The position numbers and the translations under genes are program-made. Under the pieces are notes generated by a model that worked only from the letters and a program-made list of their open reading frames with translations, had not been told where the DNA came from and did not search any database. From assembly GCF_964204645.1 (NCBI RefSeq), contig NC_134027.1, forward strand, positions 7,720,485-7,784,484: a stretch of DNA of 64,000 nt, given 5' to 3'. Source of the stretch: Tubulanus polymorphus. Lineage: Eukaryota; Animalia; Nemertea. Positions 1 through 13,800 of this stretch are shown here, in pieces. How positions within the stretch are numbered: the stretch's first letter is position 1; the number at the start of each line of letters is the position of its first letter.

Positions 1-240
1 ACAAGACCTATCAAAATTGTACATGTTCGTCTAGGTACTAGAAAGGTCGACTTACCTTGTGGTCTTCTAGGTACTAAAAAGGCTTAGGCTTCCGCAGAAC
101 ACAAAATCTGTTAATATTTGAATCATATCCAATCATCCGGGGCAATATTTTGAAGAAAAATTGTAACTGACTTACATTTTGTGATTTTTAATCTGTAATT
201 GTGTACGCTGATTATATGTTTGCGACTGTTTGGTTTGTAG

Positions 241-3200
241 GATCACGCCTGGTTGGAACTGATAAATGACACGCGTAAAGAAGATGGTCACACGTTGGTG
301 ACGCAGGAAATGTTCGAAACTCTCATGGACCGATTCGAAAAGGAAGCTTTCTTCCACAGTCAATCTTCCGGCAATGATATGACTCCGTCAATTGACGAGG
401 ACGCCGTCTGCAGTATTTGTATGGATGGCGAGTGTCAAAACAGTAATGTCATATTATTTTGTGACATGTGCAATTTAGCGGTGCACCAGGAGTGCTACGG
501 TGTGCCGTACATACCCGAAGGACAATGGTTGTGTAGACGTTGCCTTCAGTCTCCGTCGACGGCTGTTGATTGTTCGCTTTGCCCGAATAAAGGTGGCGCT
601 TTTAAACAGACGGACGATGGTCACTGGGCGCACGTGGTTTGTGCTTTGTGGATACCGGAGGTCGGCTTCGCGAACACTGTGTTTCTGGAGCCGATTGACA
701 GCATCGATCACATTCCAGCCGCGCGGTGGAAATTGTCGTGTTATATTTGTAAACAACGCGGCACGGGAGCGTGTATTCAGTGTCATAAAACGAACTGTTA
801 CACTGCGTTCCACGTGACGTGCGCTCAACAAGCCGGGTTGTATATGAAAATAGAGCCGGTACGCGAGACGGGGATCGGCGGCACGAGTTTCACCGTGCGT
901 AAAACGGCGTTCTGCGACGTACACGCTCCCGCCGACCATCACAACTCGAGCGACAACACGAGCATGCTCGTCAATTCGGAGGAGCAGGCGAATCTGGCGA
1001 AACGGGCGAAAGCAATATCGAGACAGAAAATGAGAAAGGCGAGAAAGATTTTGGCTGAAAAGCGCAACGCGATGCCGATAGTATCTATACCAGTTATACC
1101 GCAACAGAGGTTTGTACTAGTATTAGTAGGAATAAAAGAACTAACTTGAGAGTTTATTGATGCCTTGAAAAATAACACATAACAATAAAGGCATTTTGGA
1201 TTTGAATGTATCAATGATTAAAATGCATTCACCAGCCAGTTCACAATTGTGATCGTTATTTTGAGAAGCCAATATTGATAATGTAGCGCACATCGACTCA
1301 CACAGAACCCCTTAGATAACACCTACTAGGTATTAATCTATATGAACATTATTGAACATTTTACGGCATCAAAAATAGCTATTTGAAAAATAATGGTTTA
1401 GTGAATCTTACCTATATAGTCCTCTTGTTCCTCCAAGTCATATTGTATATACCGGTGAATGATTTTGCATTTGTAGGCTGGCTAAGATAGCGTCAAGAAT
1501 CGTGTTGCAGAGAAAAAATCAGTTTATCGGACATTTACAGAGTTATTGGACATTAAAACGACAATCGAGGAATGGCGTACCGCTACTCAGACGCTTACAA
1601 TCAAATCATATGTCTCGTCATAGGGATCAGGTATTCCAGTCACCCAATTCCAATTATAGAACCCATTTTCATTGAAGTCAACTGACTCTCCTCAGAAAAC
1701 TATTTCAACTTTGTTTTAAATGTTTGACGTATTTGTTTTGATTCAAGACCCAGAATGACAAAGAAAGCGATGCGCTGAAAGATCAGTTGAAATATTGGCA
1801 ACGACTGCGACAAGACTTAGAAAAAGCTCGTTTACTCGTCGAACTGATCAGGAAACGTGAGAAAATGAAAAGAGAACAGGTGAGTTACACGCGATAATCC
1901 TAGAGTGGCATAACTTGTATGGCTTGATATGACCACTTTGATTCATGTCATTCATATTGCATTTAGGTGCGGATCATTCAGATGAATACTGAGATGCAGT
2001 TGCAGCCATTCAATGTATTATTGAGGAAAACATTGGATCAACTTCAAGAGAAAGATATTGGAAATATATTCGCTGAGCCAGTCAATGGAGATGAGGTATG
2101 TCATACTGAATAATCAATAACAGTAGCTCACTGTTTTGCTCTCCAACCAGATGGCAGGCCTTGTGTTATGTAAATCTTGGAAGCGTTCATCTTATTCCTG
2201 ATTTCTTATTAGAAGAATGTTATATTGTCATATTAGAAGAATATTATATTCTCATAATCGTTATTCAATTCAGGTGCCAGATTATTACAGTTATATAAAG
2301 AATCCGATGGATTTTTTGACGATGAGACAAAAGGTCAATGGTCATCAGTATAAGTCGATCGATGCCTTCGAAGCCGATTTTGATTTGACGATCAATAACT
2401 GTATGAAATACAACGCGAAAGATACAGTATTCTATCGGGCAGCAGTTCGTCTACGAGATCAGGTATAATGCCATTCAGTTGACTGAGATAAAGCCACAAT
2501 CTTCTGAAAATGTATTTCTTCAAAAATGTCTCCAAGAACAAGTTATTACAAAATCTTTGACCTGGCTTTAAAAAAACCATCAATTACTTTAATCATATTG
2601 TTTATTGAATCTTCTATGTTGTATACATGTTTCACCAGTGATGATTTATTGTGTTTGGCTTGTAGGGTGGTGCTATTATTCGATCCATGAGACGTACTGC
2701 GGAACAGGTTGGCTATGACATGGAGACTGGATTGCATTTAAAAGATCGACCGAAACTTGAAAGAGAACCAATCGCGACACTCGAAGACAGTAAGTTTATT
2801 TTGTGATTGTCTACTGCAACTGATAGATCAGTTGTAAGATGAATGTAATTCTATATGAATATGTAAAGAAACTACTGGTTATTTTGAAATGTGAATTGCT
2901 TTTCCAGTTGACAGCTTTTTGCCTCCGGATGTAAGAGCAGATATGCCGTTGGAAGAACAATTACGAATTCTGCTCGATAAAATGGACATCGCGAATTCAC
3001 AACCAGGTAATGGTTCAACGATGAATAATCAAATCAATTGCTATTGAAGGCAATGTTTTATTCTTCGGTTTGTTAATCCTGATCGTCGCCATCTAGCTAT
3101 CTATATGCATCTTTGAATTATAAATTTAGGCAAGAAATCTCGTTTAGCAAAACAGATCAAACGTGAAATAGTGAAGGTACGACGTCAGTTAGCTTTACAG

Positions 3201-6200
3201 AAAGGCTCGGCTACCCAAGCTGATCTTGATGGGAGTACAGGTCAGTCTTTATGAAATGAGGTATTATGTTGCTTGTTTTATTATTCAACAAGTTTGTTTC
3301 TGTATGGTCTTTAGTGTCAGATACTGAGAAAGACAGTGCAACCCCACGAACGCCTGTAAAAACAAAATATGGAAGACTGACCAAAACGCCGCGATCAGCT
3401 ATGAAACGAGGTGATCGTGATAGTTCGACAACACCTCCAAGAACAGTCGGAAGAGGTCGTAAACGAGGTCGTAAGCCGAGGTCATCAGTCAGCGAGTTAC
3501 CAGTTGAACAAATAGAGGAGGCTAACACAGAGGAAATAGGTATTTTTTTCATAGACCAAATACACACTTCACAAAATTGTTTATGTATCTATAGTATGTA
3601 TTCGGTATAGTTATCGTTGGCATAAAAATTTAGATATGTTTCACTTCGAATCAAAGCGTTGATATTTTAGTTTCAGAAGATAAGAAGCCTGAGCCAGCTA
3701 CGCCTCAAAAATCATCAACTGGGCTAAACTCAGAGAGGAGCACATCGTGTGCCTCGCCCTCCGGTGTCAATCGACGTACCGCTGTACTATTTAGTAAGAA
3801 AGCCTACCACCAGACTAAACTTAATCTCACATCGACAAACACTAGTTCTACTCCCGTTCGAAAGGGCCCAGGACGACCGCCGAAAATCCGACCTTCGCCT
3901 GTGGTACTGGCCGCGCCAGAAGACACGATCAAGGAGGAATCGGAAAAGGAAGAAGAGCCCAAACCTGTGAATGAAACGTCGGAAGATGTTGCGAAACTGG
4001 CGGCGATTTCGGCGAAACCTGGTCGCGGGAGAAAACGTTCCGCGAGCGTGTTACACGTCGAAACTGATTTAAATCCGGCGAAAAAACCGGCGCTCGGTTC
4101 TCCGACTCCAAAATCGCCGAAACCGTCTGTCTCCACGTCTCCGAAATCACCGAAACCGGTCGCTGTAGCTACACCGGTGGTGCCGACGAAAATCTGTTCG
4201 AAATCGGTGAAAACCCCACGTTCGCCAGGACCGACGTCGAGTCCGCGACATCACAGTACTCCGATGACCGAATGCGGCGATATCGCGTTTCCTCCAGCGG
4301 GAGCCGAGCATCCGGAGAGTTTCATGCGCTATAGAATCGATCACTCCATGAGTAGTTGCGACGATTCGACATCGTGTTCAGAGACGGAGAACACTGACTC
4401 GTCGGATTGCGAAAGTTGTTGTTCGGGAAGCAGCATCGGCGGCGACGACGACAAATCGGCGCGATTCTCGCAGCGAGGCAGACACAGTATGTATCACACA
4501 GCTTATCTATCACATGATCTGTGTATTTACTATTCGCTGAGCTATTATCACTAATCTTCATTTATTGTGCTGTGCGTTATTCCCATCAATCAGTTATTTA
4601 TTATCGTATATACTCTTTATATTCATAGATATTTTTTCATTGAAATTCTTTATATCCGTGTCTGTACAGTTAGCTTGATTCCCCGCATGACATCGTCAGG
4701 AAAATCGTTTTTCAATAATGAATGCTCCTCCCAGTGCTTTCTCGCTAGTGCTCATACGATTCATTACCGTATGTGGAACATACTATAGCTGCTGAACATT
4801 GGAAACTAACTAAATTATTTTCTTTAATTCTGAACTAAGAATAATAGGTGATATTCATTATGACAATGAACACTTATTACCGTATAGTATTACTACATGT
4901 ATAAGAATACTTAACTGAAATTACATCCAAAATGTCATTCTGTTTGTACCTGTTGTTCAGCGGCCAGTATCATTGTTTCGATCATCAGTTCAAACATATT
5001 TGCACGCATAAATATATATATATATATATATACTGTGTATCTGTTTGATTATTTTCATCCCTCCGTCTGCAACAAATGCCTGAGTTGTTTTCCACGCAAC
5101 TCTTGTCTTTCTCTCTAGCATGTGGCTGTCGTGTGTATTATTGAATGGTATTATGCATTTTAGAAAAGAAAAAACGTGACAACTTTGGCTCCGCGTCTTA
5201 CCCTATATTCGAAGGCGATGAAAATAGCAATGGAAATGTCGACGCCGATGGCGGCCCCGTTTTGCGACCGGCATTTTTACGCCAAGGTGAGATAGAGCGA
5301 GACCAGGTGAAACTTGATCTCATCCAGCACCGAACACACTGAGCATAGTTGTATACTGTCACCCCTCGGTATATCTCATATTGCTCCTCTTTCTCAATAA
5401 GCAATAGAAGCTATCTCGCAAACTATTTTGAGAAAGACAAAGCGCTAGAACTAACATCGTACTTACAAAATACCCTAATGTCTTATCTCCAAAGTTGGGA
5501 AGATGAAAACAGGATTTACAGGCCCCTGCTTTATACCCTGCTTTTTCCATGTATCACTGATATGCTTTTAATCCTTATGTGTATGTGTAGTTATTCTTGT
5601 TTGATGTGCCTGCCAATACATTTCAAACTTAATTTTGTTTCGCTTAACGCTTGTGCTTTTGGAGCTTCGGTTTTAGAACATGTACAATGTACCTTTAGAT
5701 GTATAAGTCAGGCTATAACATAGGAGCAATGTTTGTTCTCACACTCTAGATCATTGAAATTTGGTGGTGGTGAATGTGTGTGTAAAAGTCCATGTTATTT
5801 AGCCACCAATGTTGTTTGATGGAATGATAGCTGAGTTTTTCTCTAAACTATAGCAAGTGTCTATAATTGAGATAGTATACACCATAGTGATATGCACGTT
5901 AATGGTGTAGTGTTGGTCCTCTATTCATCAAAACATTATCTGTAGTTTGTTTTCGTTGAGTTGGTGGCTCATATACCGGAGAGATCGGAAAGGAAACTTC
6001 ACGAAACTAATGTGTCCTAAACATTTTTTCCATGAACAGGTGATTCATCCTCAACAGAAGAGGGATCATACGAGATAAATAAATCTATCATCATTAAACA
6101 TAATCCAAACGATATAAGAAATTATCTGTGTTCAAAGCCCGTGTCAAAAAATGTTTTGACCAAAACCAATCGTATATTGTCTCGAAAGCGAAAGTCTGCA

Positions 6201-7035
6201 AGAGCAAGAATTGAGTTTTCAAGTCCGCCCCAGAAAAATAGAAATACGACCGATGACGATATTTGTTTGAAAAATGTAAAACCTACAGAATCATCAGAAA
6301 CTGAAATCGACGTTTGTTTTTCATCGGGTGATTATCATGCCAATAAAGTTGCTGAAAAAACTGTTTTACAAAATAGCAATAATAACGATGCGAAAATAGT
6401 TGAATCTCCGACAAAATCAATGAAAGAGAAATCGATCCAAGTTTTATGGAAACAGATCAACTCTCGACAAAGTCCACAAAATACTTCTCACTATAGAGAA
6501 CATGGACGGTTAGGTTTGTGAGTTAAATTATTACGAGGAAAGGCCGGTTTCATAATGTTAAACAAATTTTAGGATTTTAGTTTAACTAAAAGATTCTTTG
6601 AAAATGTGCTTCAGAATTTTTGGATGTCGAAAACAGACTGATTTCTTTTTGAATGATCCTGTGTTAGTCCAACACGCACCATAAATATAATATAAAGCCA
6701 AATGATATTATTAATTTACTTTGTTAGCCTTGAGCATTGATATGTGAAACTGGCCTTAAACTCTGGTCCCGAGTTCAGTTTTTCAGTTCAGGGGGTTTAG
6801 TTTATTTTTCAGCAATGTGTTCCATGTTATCGTTGCCCTAATATTTTGCACCGATTGCATTTTGTTTGTTAATTGTTCATCATCTATCACTAGTTGCTTC
6901 TAATCTCAAAAATACGATTGACAAATTTTTTTCTGATTTTAGTCGGGCACTCAAAATCGGGTCATTCCGATGGCATAGGTAGGAGAAACTATATGTTCGT
7001 TTGGGCCTGCTGATTTGAATTAGGATTTCTTTCAT

Positions 7036-7120
<85 letters not shown>

Positions 7121-8401
7121 ATTTCCACAATTTGATATGGTTTTTGGTTGTTGTATATGAGTATTTGAGTAGTACATGTATGAAATCGTGAAAGGATGTG
7201 CATGTTCTGAAGTTACCTCTTCTTTATTGTGAAGGCCTTTTTTGAATATCTATCCTTGTTTTGAACATTTATTTCCGGTACATAGATATTTCAGTCAAGT
7301 TAAGTGTTTCTTAATCGTACCTAAACTATATTTTCTCTTGCATGTGTCATTATTTATCTCATCAATTTTTTTGATTTTCTCCTTAAATCCTAGGCTTTAA
7401 TCGTTTTTATTGGTAAGTACAGTAAACTATGGATATACATGAGCTGTATAATTTACACTTAAAAAAATTGCTGCAATATTTCTATCCTACAGTATACATT
7501 TAAAAATACTAATCTTAATGTATTTCTGGAGTAATATATTTACGGGAAATGTGATCTTTAAGAAAAATATCAGATACATTTAGTTAATCATGATGATATA
7601 TCCATAGTTTAATGCATCTGACCTTCATTTCTGTATGAACTTGTTTTATGTTGTTAGCCGCATATATTGTTCCTCATCAAAGTATCAGTGAACGATCATT
7701 TCTTTGAGGGTTATATCAATCTTCTAATCTAAATGAATATTTTCAGTCCGTACAAAAACTAGATTTATGTGCGAGGATGAAGAGGATGAGGTCATACCGT
7801 TGGAGCCACTGGATCTAGTCTGGGCAAAATGTCGTGGATATCCCTGGTATCCAGCCCTGGTGAGTGAAGTTGCCGCATAAACCAATGATATTGATGTCTT
7901 CTTTGAAAGTCATTTCAGACAATCGGTCTCTTTTTTCTTAGTGACATCTTGGTTGTATGATTTTTCAGATAATCAACCCTAAAATGCCAAAGACCGGATA
8001 TTTTCACAATGGTGTTCCGATTCCAGTTCCACCTGATGATGTGTTACAACTTCAAAAACGACACGACGATCTGGTTTACTTAGTTCTATTCTTCGACACC
8101 AAACGCACCTGGTAAGAAAAAATATTTAGCATGCTCACTAAGTGATTGCACCTGTTACAATCCACAGTGTATTTATGCTGAATATCATAATACTCTGATT
8201 TTTTCTAGGCAATGGCTTCCGCGGAATAAATTGGAACCTCTGGGAGTTGATTCAGGGCTCGACCAAGCAAAACTACTCGAAAATAAAAAACTACACATCA
8301 GAAAAGCGGTGCGTAAAGCATACGAGAAGGCAATATCGCACCGCTGCCGTGTGACTGGTGAACCTAATCCTTTATCAAGTGAATCCAGTACCGAAGACTG
8401 A
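241..8401 (+). CDS. BRPF1: Peregrin / bromodomain and PHD finger-containing protein (BRPF1/Br140 family), 5'-partial, spliced
   Basis: Exons read in consistent phase with GT-AG sites: 241-1109 (PZP: [50 protein letters not shown]), 1477-1630 ([19 protein letters not shown]), 1748-1879 ([23 protein letters not shown]), 1967-2095 and 2274-2462 (bromodomain [25 protein letters not shown]), 2666-2789, 2908-3006, 3130-3240, 3315-3539, 3671-4486 ([10 protein letters not shown]), possibly 5164-5286 and 6040-6513, 7747-7859, 7969-8111, 8209-8401 (PWWP: [29 protein letters not shown]), stop TGA 8399-8401. Confidence 0.95.
5164..5286 (+). CDS. Candidate BRPF1 cassette exon (123 nt, phase 1-1); reading past its donor ends at TGA 5342
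   Basis: Acceptor TGCATTTTAG, donor AAG|GTGAGA, open in the frame set by the exon ending 4486 ([18 protein letters not shown]...FLRQ). Confidence 0.6.
6040..6513 (+). CDS. Candidate BRPF1 cassette exon (474 nt, phase 1-1), low-complexity S/K/N-rich with RKRK
   Basis: Acceptor TTTTTTCCATGAACAG, donor TAG|GTTTGT, 158 open codons in AT-rich context, in phase with flanking exons. Confidence 0.6.
7038..7117. repeat. (TA)n microsatellite
   Basis: About 40 TA units; shorter (TA)n tracts at about 5012-5032, 36605-36654 and 52137-52160. Confidence 0.95.
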
Positions 8402-10052
8402 CTGATATAATGTATCTTACCCACGGGATTCATCAAATGCGGGCCATAGTATTTTATTCATTTCTAACCGTTTGGATTAAGGCTTGTGCTTGGATCGGCG
8501 CAAAGTGCTGCAAATGGTCTACACATCATCATTTTGATGACATGACAATGTATTGTACGCCTACCAACAGAATTGTGTACATTCATCTGGGTAAAAAAAC
8601 ATTGTAAGAATACTGAAAAATATCAGACATTTAATGTTCATTCAACAATCCCCAATTCACCATGGGTTGTACTTTGTATTTTACTGTACCATACATGGTT
8701 TAGAAATTATCTTTCTGTGTTGACTATATACACACAAACATGCATGTCACATGTACGTTTGTACTGGAAATGACTGATGAAATATTACCGGTATTTGTAA
8801 TGTAACATCAATGTTGTTTGGTGCTTCATTTGATTCATTATGGAGATAATGTAATAGCATTGTGTATTTCATATATATAATTCTATACATATGTGTGTAT
8901 ATTGTTAAATAGTTTTAACTTCATATCAACTCTTGGAAATTCTAGATGTAAAAGGACAGGACAGAACTAATTTTGAAAAATCTGCCAATGGTCCTGGATT
9001 CAGTTTAAAAGATAATGGAAATATTGCATATTTAAGTCCACACATTCAGTAGCCTACGTGGATCTTCTGTTGTGCTGTTCATTAATAGAAAAGTTTGCCA
9101 TAAAAGTTAAAAACTTTCATCATATTATTATGTAAGCTTGTGTATAAAATATTTTAAGATCAAATTCAATTGATGCATTTTTGTCACTTTGTATATTAAA
9201 TTGTATATAATCACTGGGTCTGCGTAATATGAATGTAGTTATTGTGTAAATATTATCTAAAAGAGCTTGTATATAATATCTGGGGTAGGAACTTGTATAT
9301 TTCTTTTCTGTGGTGGTTTTATCGATGTTGTATTGTCAGCAAGTACATAGCTATGATCATCCTTTTTTGCCCTTCATACAATGTATTGTACCAGCTCTAT
9401 TACTCTGGGGAACAAATTTCGCATCTTGGCTCATTGTATTCATATTATATTTGTTACCATACATGGATATAGGATATATTGTCTTAATATAAGTGAAGCA
9501 TCACATTTCATATGAATCTGAAAATCTGTACTCTTTTCTGTTGTAAGCAGGAGTTCTTAGAAGTTGCATATTCATTCATCATTTTGTACTTTTGAGAAAA
9601 GTTTTAGTAGGCTGGCTGTATAAGATAAACTTTTATTAATGATCTCTATGTTTGATTTACAATTAGAGTAGATTTTGATTCACTACTGTTGTTAAATCTG
9701 CCCACTACAGACTATCCAGTATCTGGGAACAGATAGATGTATTAAGATCCTACACAGAAATCAATTAGACATATGTGACAAAGATTTTTTTTAGTAATTT
9801 TTGTAGAACAATATACCGGTACGTATGTTATGCTTTAGCTCATTTGTTTCCGCTTTCCACATATTGGTAAATCATAATTCGAGTTGCATACCACAACGAG
9901 ATGTGCTGTGCGTGAACTCTTGATATCAACTTGACCATGGGCATAAACATTATGGACAATTTGATATGTTTTTGTCAACTGCAAGAGTTCTGTATAATTC
10001 CAATGTTGTAAAATCTTAGCTGTTGGCTATTTTGTGCTGTAAATGCCAATGA

Positions 10053-10058
10053 AATAAA
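10053..10058 (+). terminator. Probable poly(A) signal of BRPF1
   Basis: AATAAA about 1.65 kb after the stop, followed by a GT/T-rich tract. Confidence 0.55.
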
Positions 10059-10587
10059 ATCATCTAAGCCATGTTCAATTTGGATTATTTGTTATTTTGA
10101 TAGGATCATTATCTGTTTTCCCTTCGTGGATTCCTGACACTGATTTATACTGCTGAACCATATTTACTTTTTAGTCTATGAGGAGAGACATTATAATTCC
10201 AATTTCTTAGTATGCCTAATAATGCCAAGTGTGTATAGCCTGCTTCAGTACAAAATTGTTTTTTCAATGCTGATTTCTTTAATGTGTTGGCCTAGTATCA
10301 ATGTAGTTAATTTTTGTAAACACTTTATTTGACGTTTGTATTTGAATTCGACTTGGTTATCTCGAGAGCAGGCAGCCACTTCCGGCTACGAAAACTATTT
10401 TTTTTACGGCACTATATCTTTAAACCGAATTGATGAATTCGGTAGAAATCTTTTGATGGTCTAACTAATTAAAGTTCAAAATATCTTAGGGATAGTTTGA
10501 AACCTATGACAGGTTGAACTAATACGGAATTTCCCTGCATTGCCATCCTCTTTGAGCGCGGAGTGATAACCTGAGCTCAACAATCAA

Positions 10588-10618
10588 TGACGTCAGTTAT
10601 CATGATTCCGTGACGTCA
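10588..10618. promoter_or_regulatory. Two palindromic cAMP response elements in the PKA-RII promoter
   Basis: TGACGTCA at 10588-10595 and 10611-10618, about 200-230 bp upstream of the ATG at 10820. Confidence 0.75.
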
Positions 10619-10819
10619 CTTAGCACTAGCCGTGTCGAAAATTCAATTTTTTCGTCATTTTTTGAAACGTTTTTCCACCAATTACGCGTTTACTCTCCTA
10701 CCTCATTCCTAACTTTACGACAGAAACAACGACCAAAGCGTTGACCTGCACCACGCGCTGCCGAATCCGAGCTGCAACTGGTGTAAACGGATTAAAATCA
10801 ACGGAAAACATCGACAATC

Positions 10820-13800
10820 ATGAGTTTTGAAATACCAGTCGGTTTGACAGATTTGTTGCAGGATTTTACCGTGCATGTTCTGCGAGAAAAACCGCCCGAT
10901 CTCATTCAATTCGCCGCCGATTACTTCAACAAATTAAATGACAATCGTCAACATCAGAATATCAGTGGCTGGGATGACGGTGGTGGGAAAGATGGGACGA
11001 AATTCATCAACGGAAAATCAGACTCTGCAGCATCCGAATCCGAAGATGATGAACCTATGCCAGGTCAGTAATCTTCCGGTAATCACATCATCCAATGATA
11101 TTTACATAACTTCATCAGTTGCAGGTGAAAATGTGATGTAGGTAATTTAGGATTAAGTACTGTTAATTTTAGTTAGTGAGTTAAGAATTGAAATGCAAGG
11201 TTAATCAAGAAAGTAGAAAAGGGACTTTAGGCTTAGCATGTAGTTCACCGAGAACCAGCGTCATTGACAATGTACCGCGGCAGAATGCTATTTTTTCTCA
11301 AAACTTTTAAATCGCCCTGACTATAAATCTCATTGCCAGCAGGGAATTATTTTTACATCTTAAATTTGTTCATTCTAATGACAGTTTTATCCTGAAACAA
11401 ATAGACTGGTCACTTAAGGTCACTGGAAGAATAAAAATCATTATAAGGTCAATATAGACCTACTATAGATGGTTTATTCATTGAAAGTGTGGTCAGCAAG
11501 TCACATAAATTTTAATAATGTCTGCTGGTGGTTTTGAACACAGGATCGAGAGCCTCTAGAGCAATGTGGATAGGCCTACAACGAACCGCTTGCTGGACTA
11601 GGCTATGTGAAGGTGTGGGTGTCCAGGAAGCCCATGCTGATTGTCCATTGTCCACTGCACTGCTGTTTGTCCACTTTTGGTATAAACATTTTTTTGAAGA
11701 AATATGAAATTTCTGAAAGGATCCAAAATTTGTTAATAAGCCTACAGTGAAACCTGCTTACAACGAACTCGAACACAACGATTCATCGGATATAACACAT
11801 ATGGAATTTTGTCCCAATCAAGACAATTTGATTTATTTCATACTGTGGATGAGCCTTTAACAAATTAGGCCTATTGGTTAATGAACATTTTCTGGTCCTG
11901 TGAAGTTCGCTGTGACGAGGTTCACTGCAGCAGTCGATATAGTTTGCGCAACAGGATTCTACCCTAGTATGAATATTATTACGCGTGTTAATTTAGTTCT
12001 AGCATTTTGAAGGCTGTATTTGGACATGGCGTAGGCCTATCGAATTACGATCTAATTCTAGTCAAACCAAAGTTTGTACAAGAAATTCAGGCATTCAGTC
12101 AGACCTGACTCTCTCACTGGAGTTTAGCTGTGGTGTATATGTTTTTCGTATGTATTTTTGAACGTGTGTAACGCTCTTTAACCCGAGGTTATTTTGTCGG
12201 TTTTCTTTGTTCGTCGACATTTCATAAATGTCAGCTCGCTGAAGTAACTCGGGAGTATATTTATCCACGGAAAAGTAAATTATTTTATTGCGGCAAAAAA
12301 TCGATTCTTATTGTTCTTGTAAATCGACTGTAGATTTCTGGCATGTGTATACATGCGTGTGAGTGTTTAAATTGACAGAGTAGTCGGATCTTCGGGGCAT
12401 CGACATCCAAAACAAATTTATTTTTTTAAGTTGTTTGTTGGAAGAATAGAAATGAGCCTATATATTGGGGTAAGACAGTTTGGGGCACCTTTCCGATATG
12501 TGGTGCTAGTGGTTAGGCTATATATCTGTGGATAAAAAATATCTGCGGCCCCTACCAGAGCGGATGTCAATATTGTATCAATGCTAATAATCACTTTGAA
12601 ATATATTGAGCTAATGTGATAAATACAAGATCAAACACCAAAATTATTGAAAATCAACCACCCTTCATAATATATTTGCTGCCCCTACCAGAAATAGAAG
12701 ATTACACTAAAATTAAGCTTAAGTTTCTGTTTTTTTGGGAGATGGAAAGCCTTGCTACTTCAGCAGCCACGATGTCATGAATGCAGCCCATTTAGAATTC
12801 CGGTATATGCAGAACACTGGTTAGGGATTGCAACCAAACCCCAGGGAACTACGCAAACTGCTACATCAGTCTGAGTCTTCTGCTAAGTGCACTCTGAACA
12901 TGACTGGCGGTAAATTGCTATACTGCTAGGAATTTATGGGTGGAGTCGGTTGGTCAGTTGGAATTCATAGAATTATGATTGTGCTATCTTGGTGTCTACT
13001 GTTTTCACCTCGATATCGATGATCAGAGACTATTTTCATTCGTAAAAGAATTCATTATCGCATTAGCCGCATCACGTTGAATACTTCCCGATGTAATTCT
13101 ATTTTATCTAAGACACCCTGTTAGTGTTATTTCAATAGCAGGTGTGCATTTTAATTCCCGCTTAATCAACTTGATGATGAACGTCCTCGTTGTCTATTTC
13201 AGAGTATCTGTGTGTTATTACCGAGTGTCTTATAAATGTGTCTTACCCGTTAATTGGTCGCAGGTTCAACTGAAGCAGCTGGAATAACAACTCTCCTCCC
13301 AGAGAGAGAGAGTCATTGCAGAAATAATAACTCTCAGTAGAGAACCTTTTTCAGAAAAAAAACTGAAACAAAAATGCGACTTGGTGATGATATAAACTCA
13401 GTAGGCCTATAGCTGGAGACATGGAGACAAATTGGCACGGAGCAGGCCCGAGTCAAATTTGGCCCGTTCACATGTAAACCACTCACTCGATACTAAAACA
13501 ATGCTTAAACAACGCGAAGTGAGTCACTTCCAGAACCTGTAGCAATTCAAACGCGATCATTTGTTCCGTGCTAAAATTTGGCTCGGCCTGGTTCGGAGTT
13601 GTTGGTCGGGCCAAGCAGGCCCATTTTGCACCTGGCATCTGAATGGTTGTTTCCGGGTCAAATTTAGCCAAGGCCAAAGATGCTTGTGTGATCGCGGCTT
13701 AGATCTGAAAGACTGGTCGCTGAAATAACAGCACGCGTACTCAGCAGAATTCCTTAGACTATTGATCTCAATACAAATTATTTTCTATGATAAAGCCTCG

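Noticed and set aside
475-1104. 209-aa antisense ORF (and similar ones at 46802-48000)
   Set aside because: Shadow ORFs opposite real GC-rich coding exons.
6880-7203. ORFs with YIYIYI runs
   Set aside because: Translation of a (TA)n microsatellite.
8399-8410. BRPF1 stop TGA-C as a readthrough context
   Set aside because: In-frame TAA follows after two codons; not the TGA-CTAG motif.
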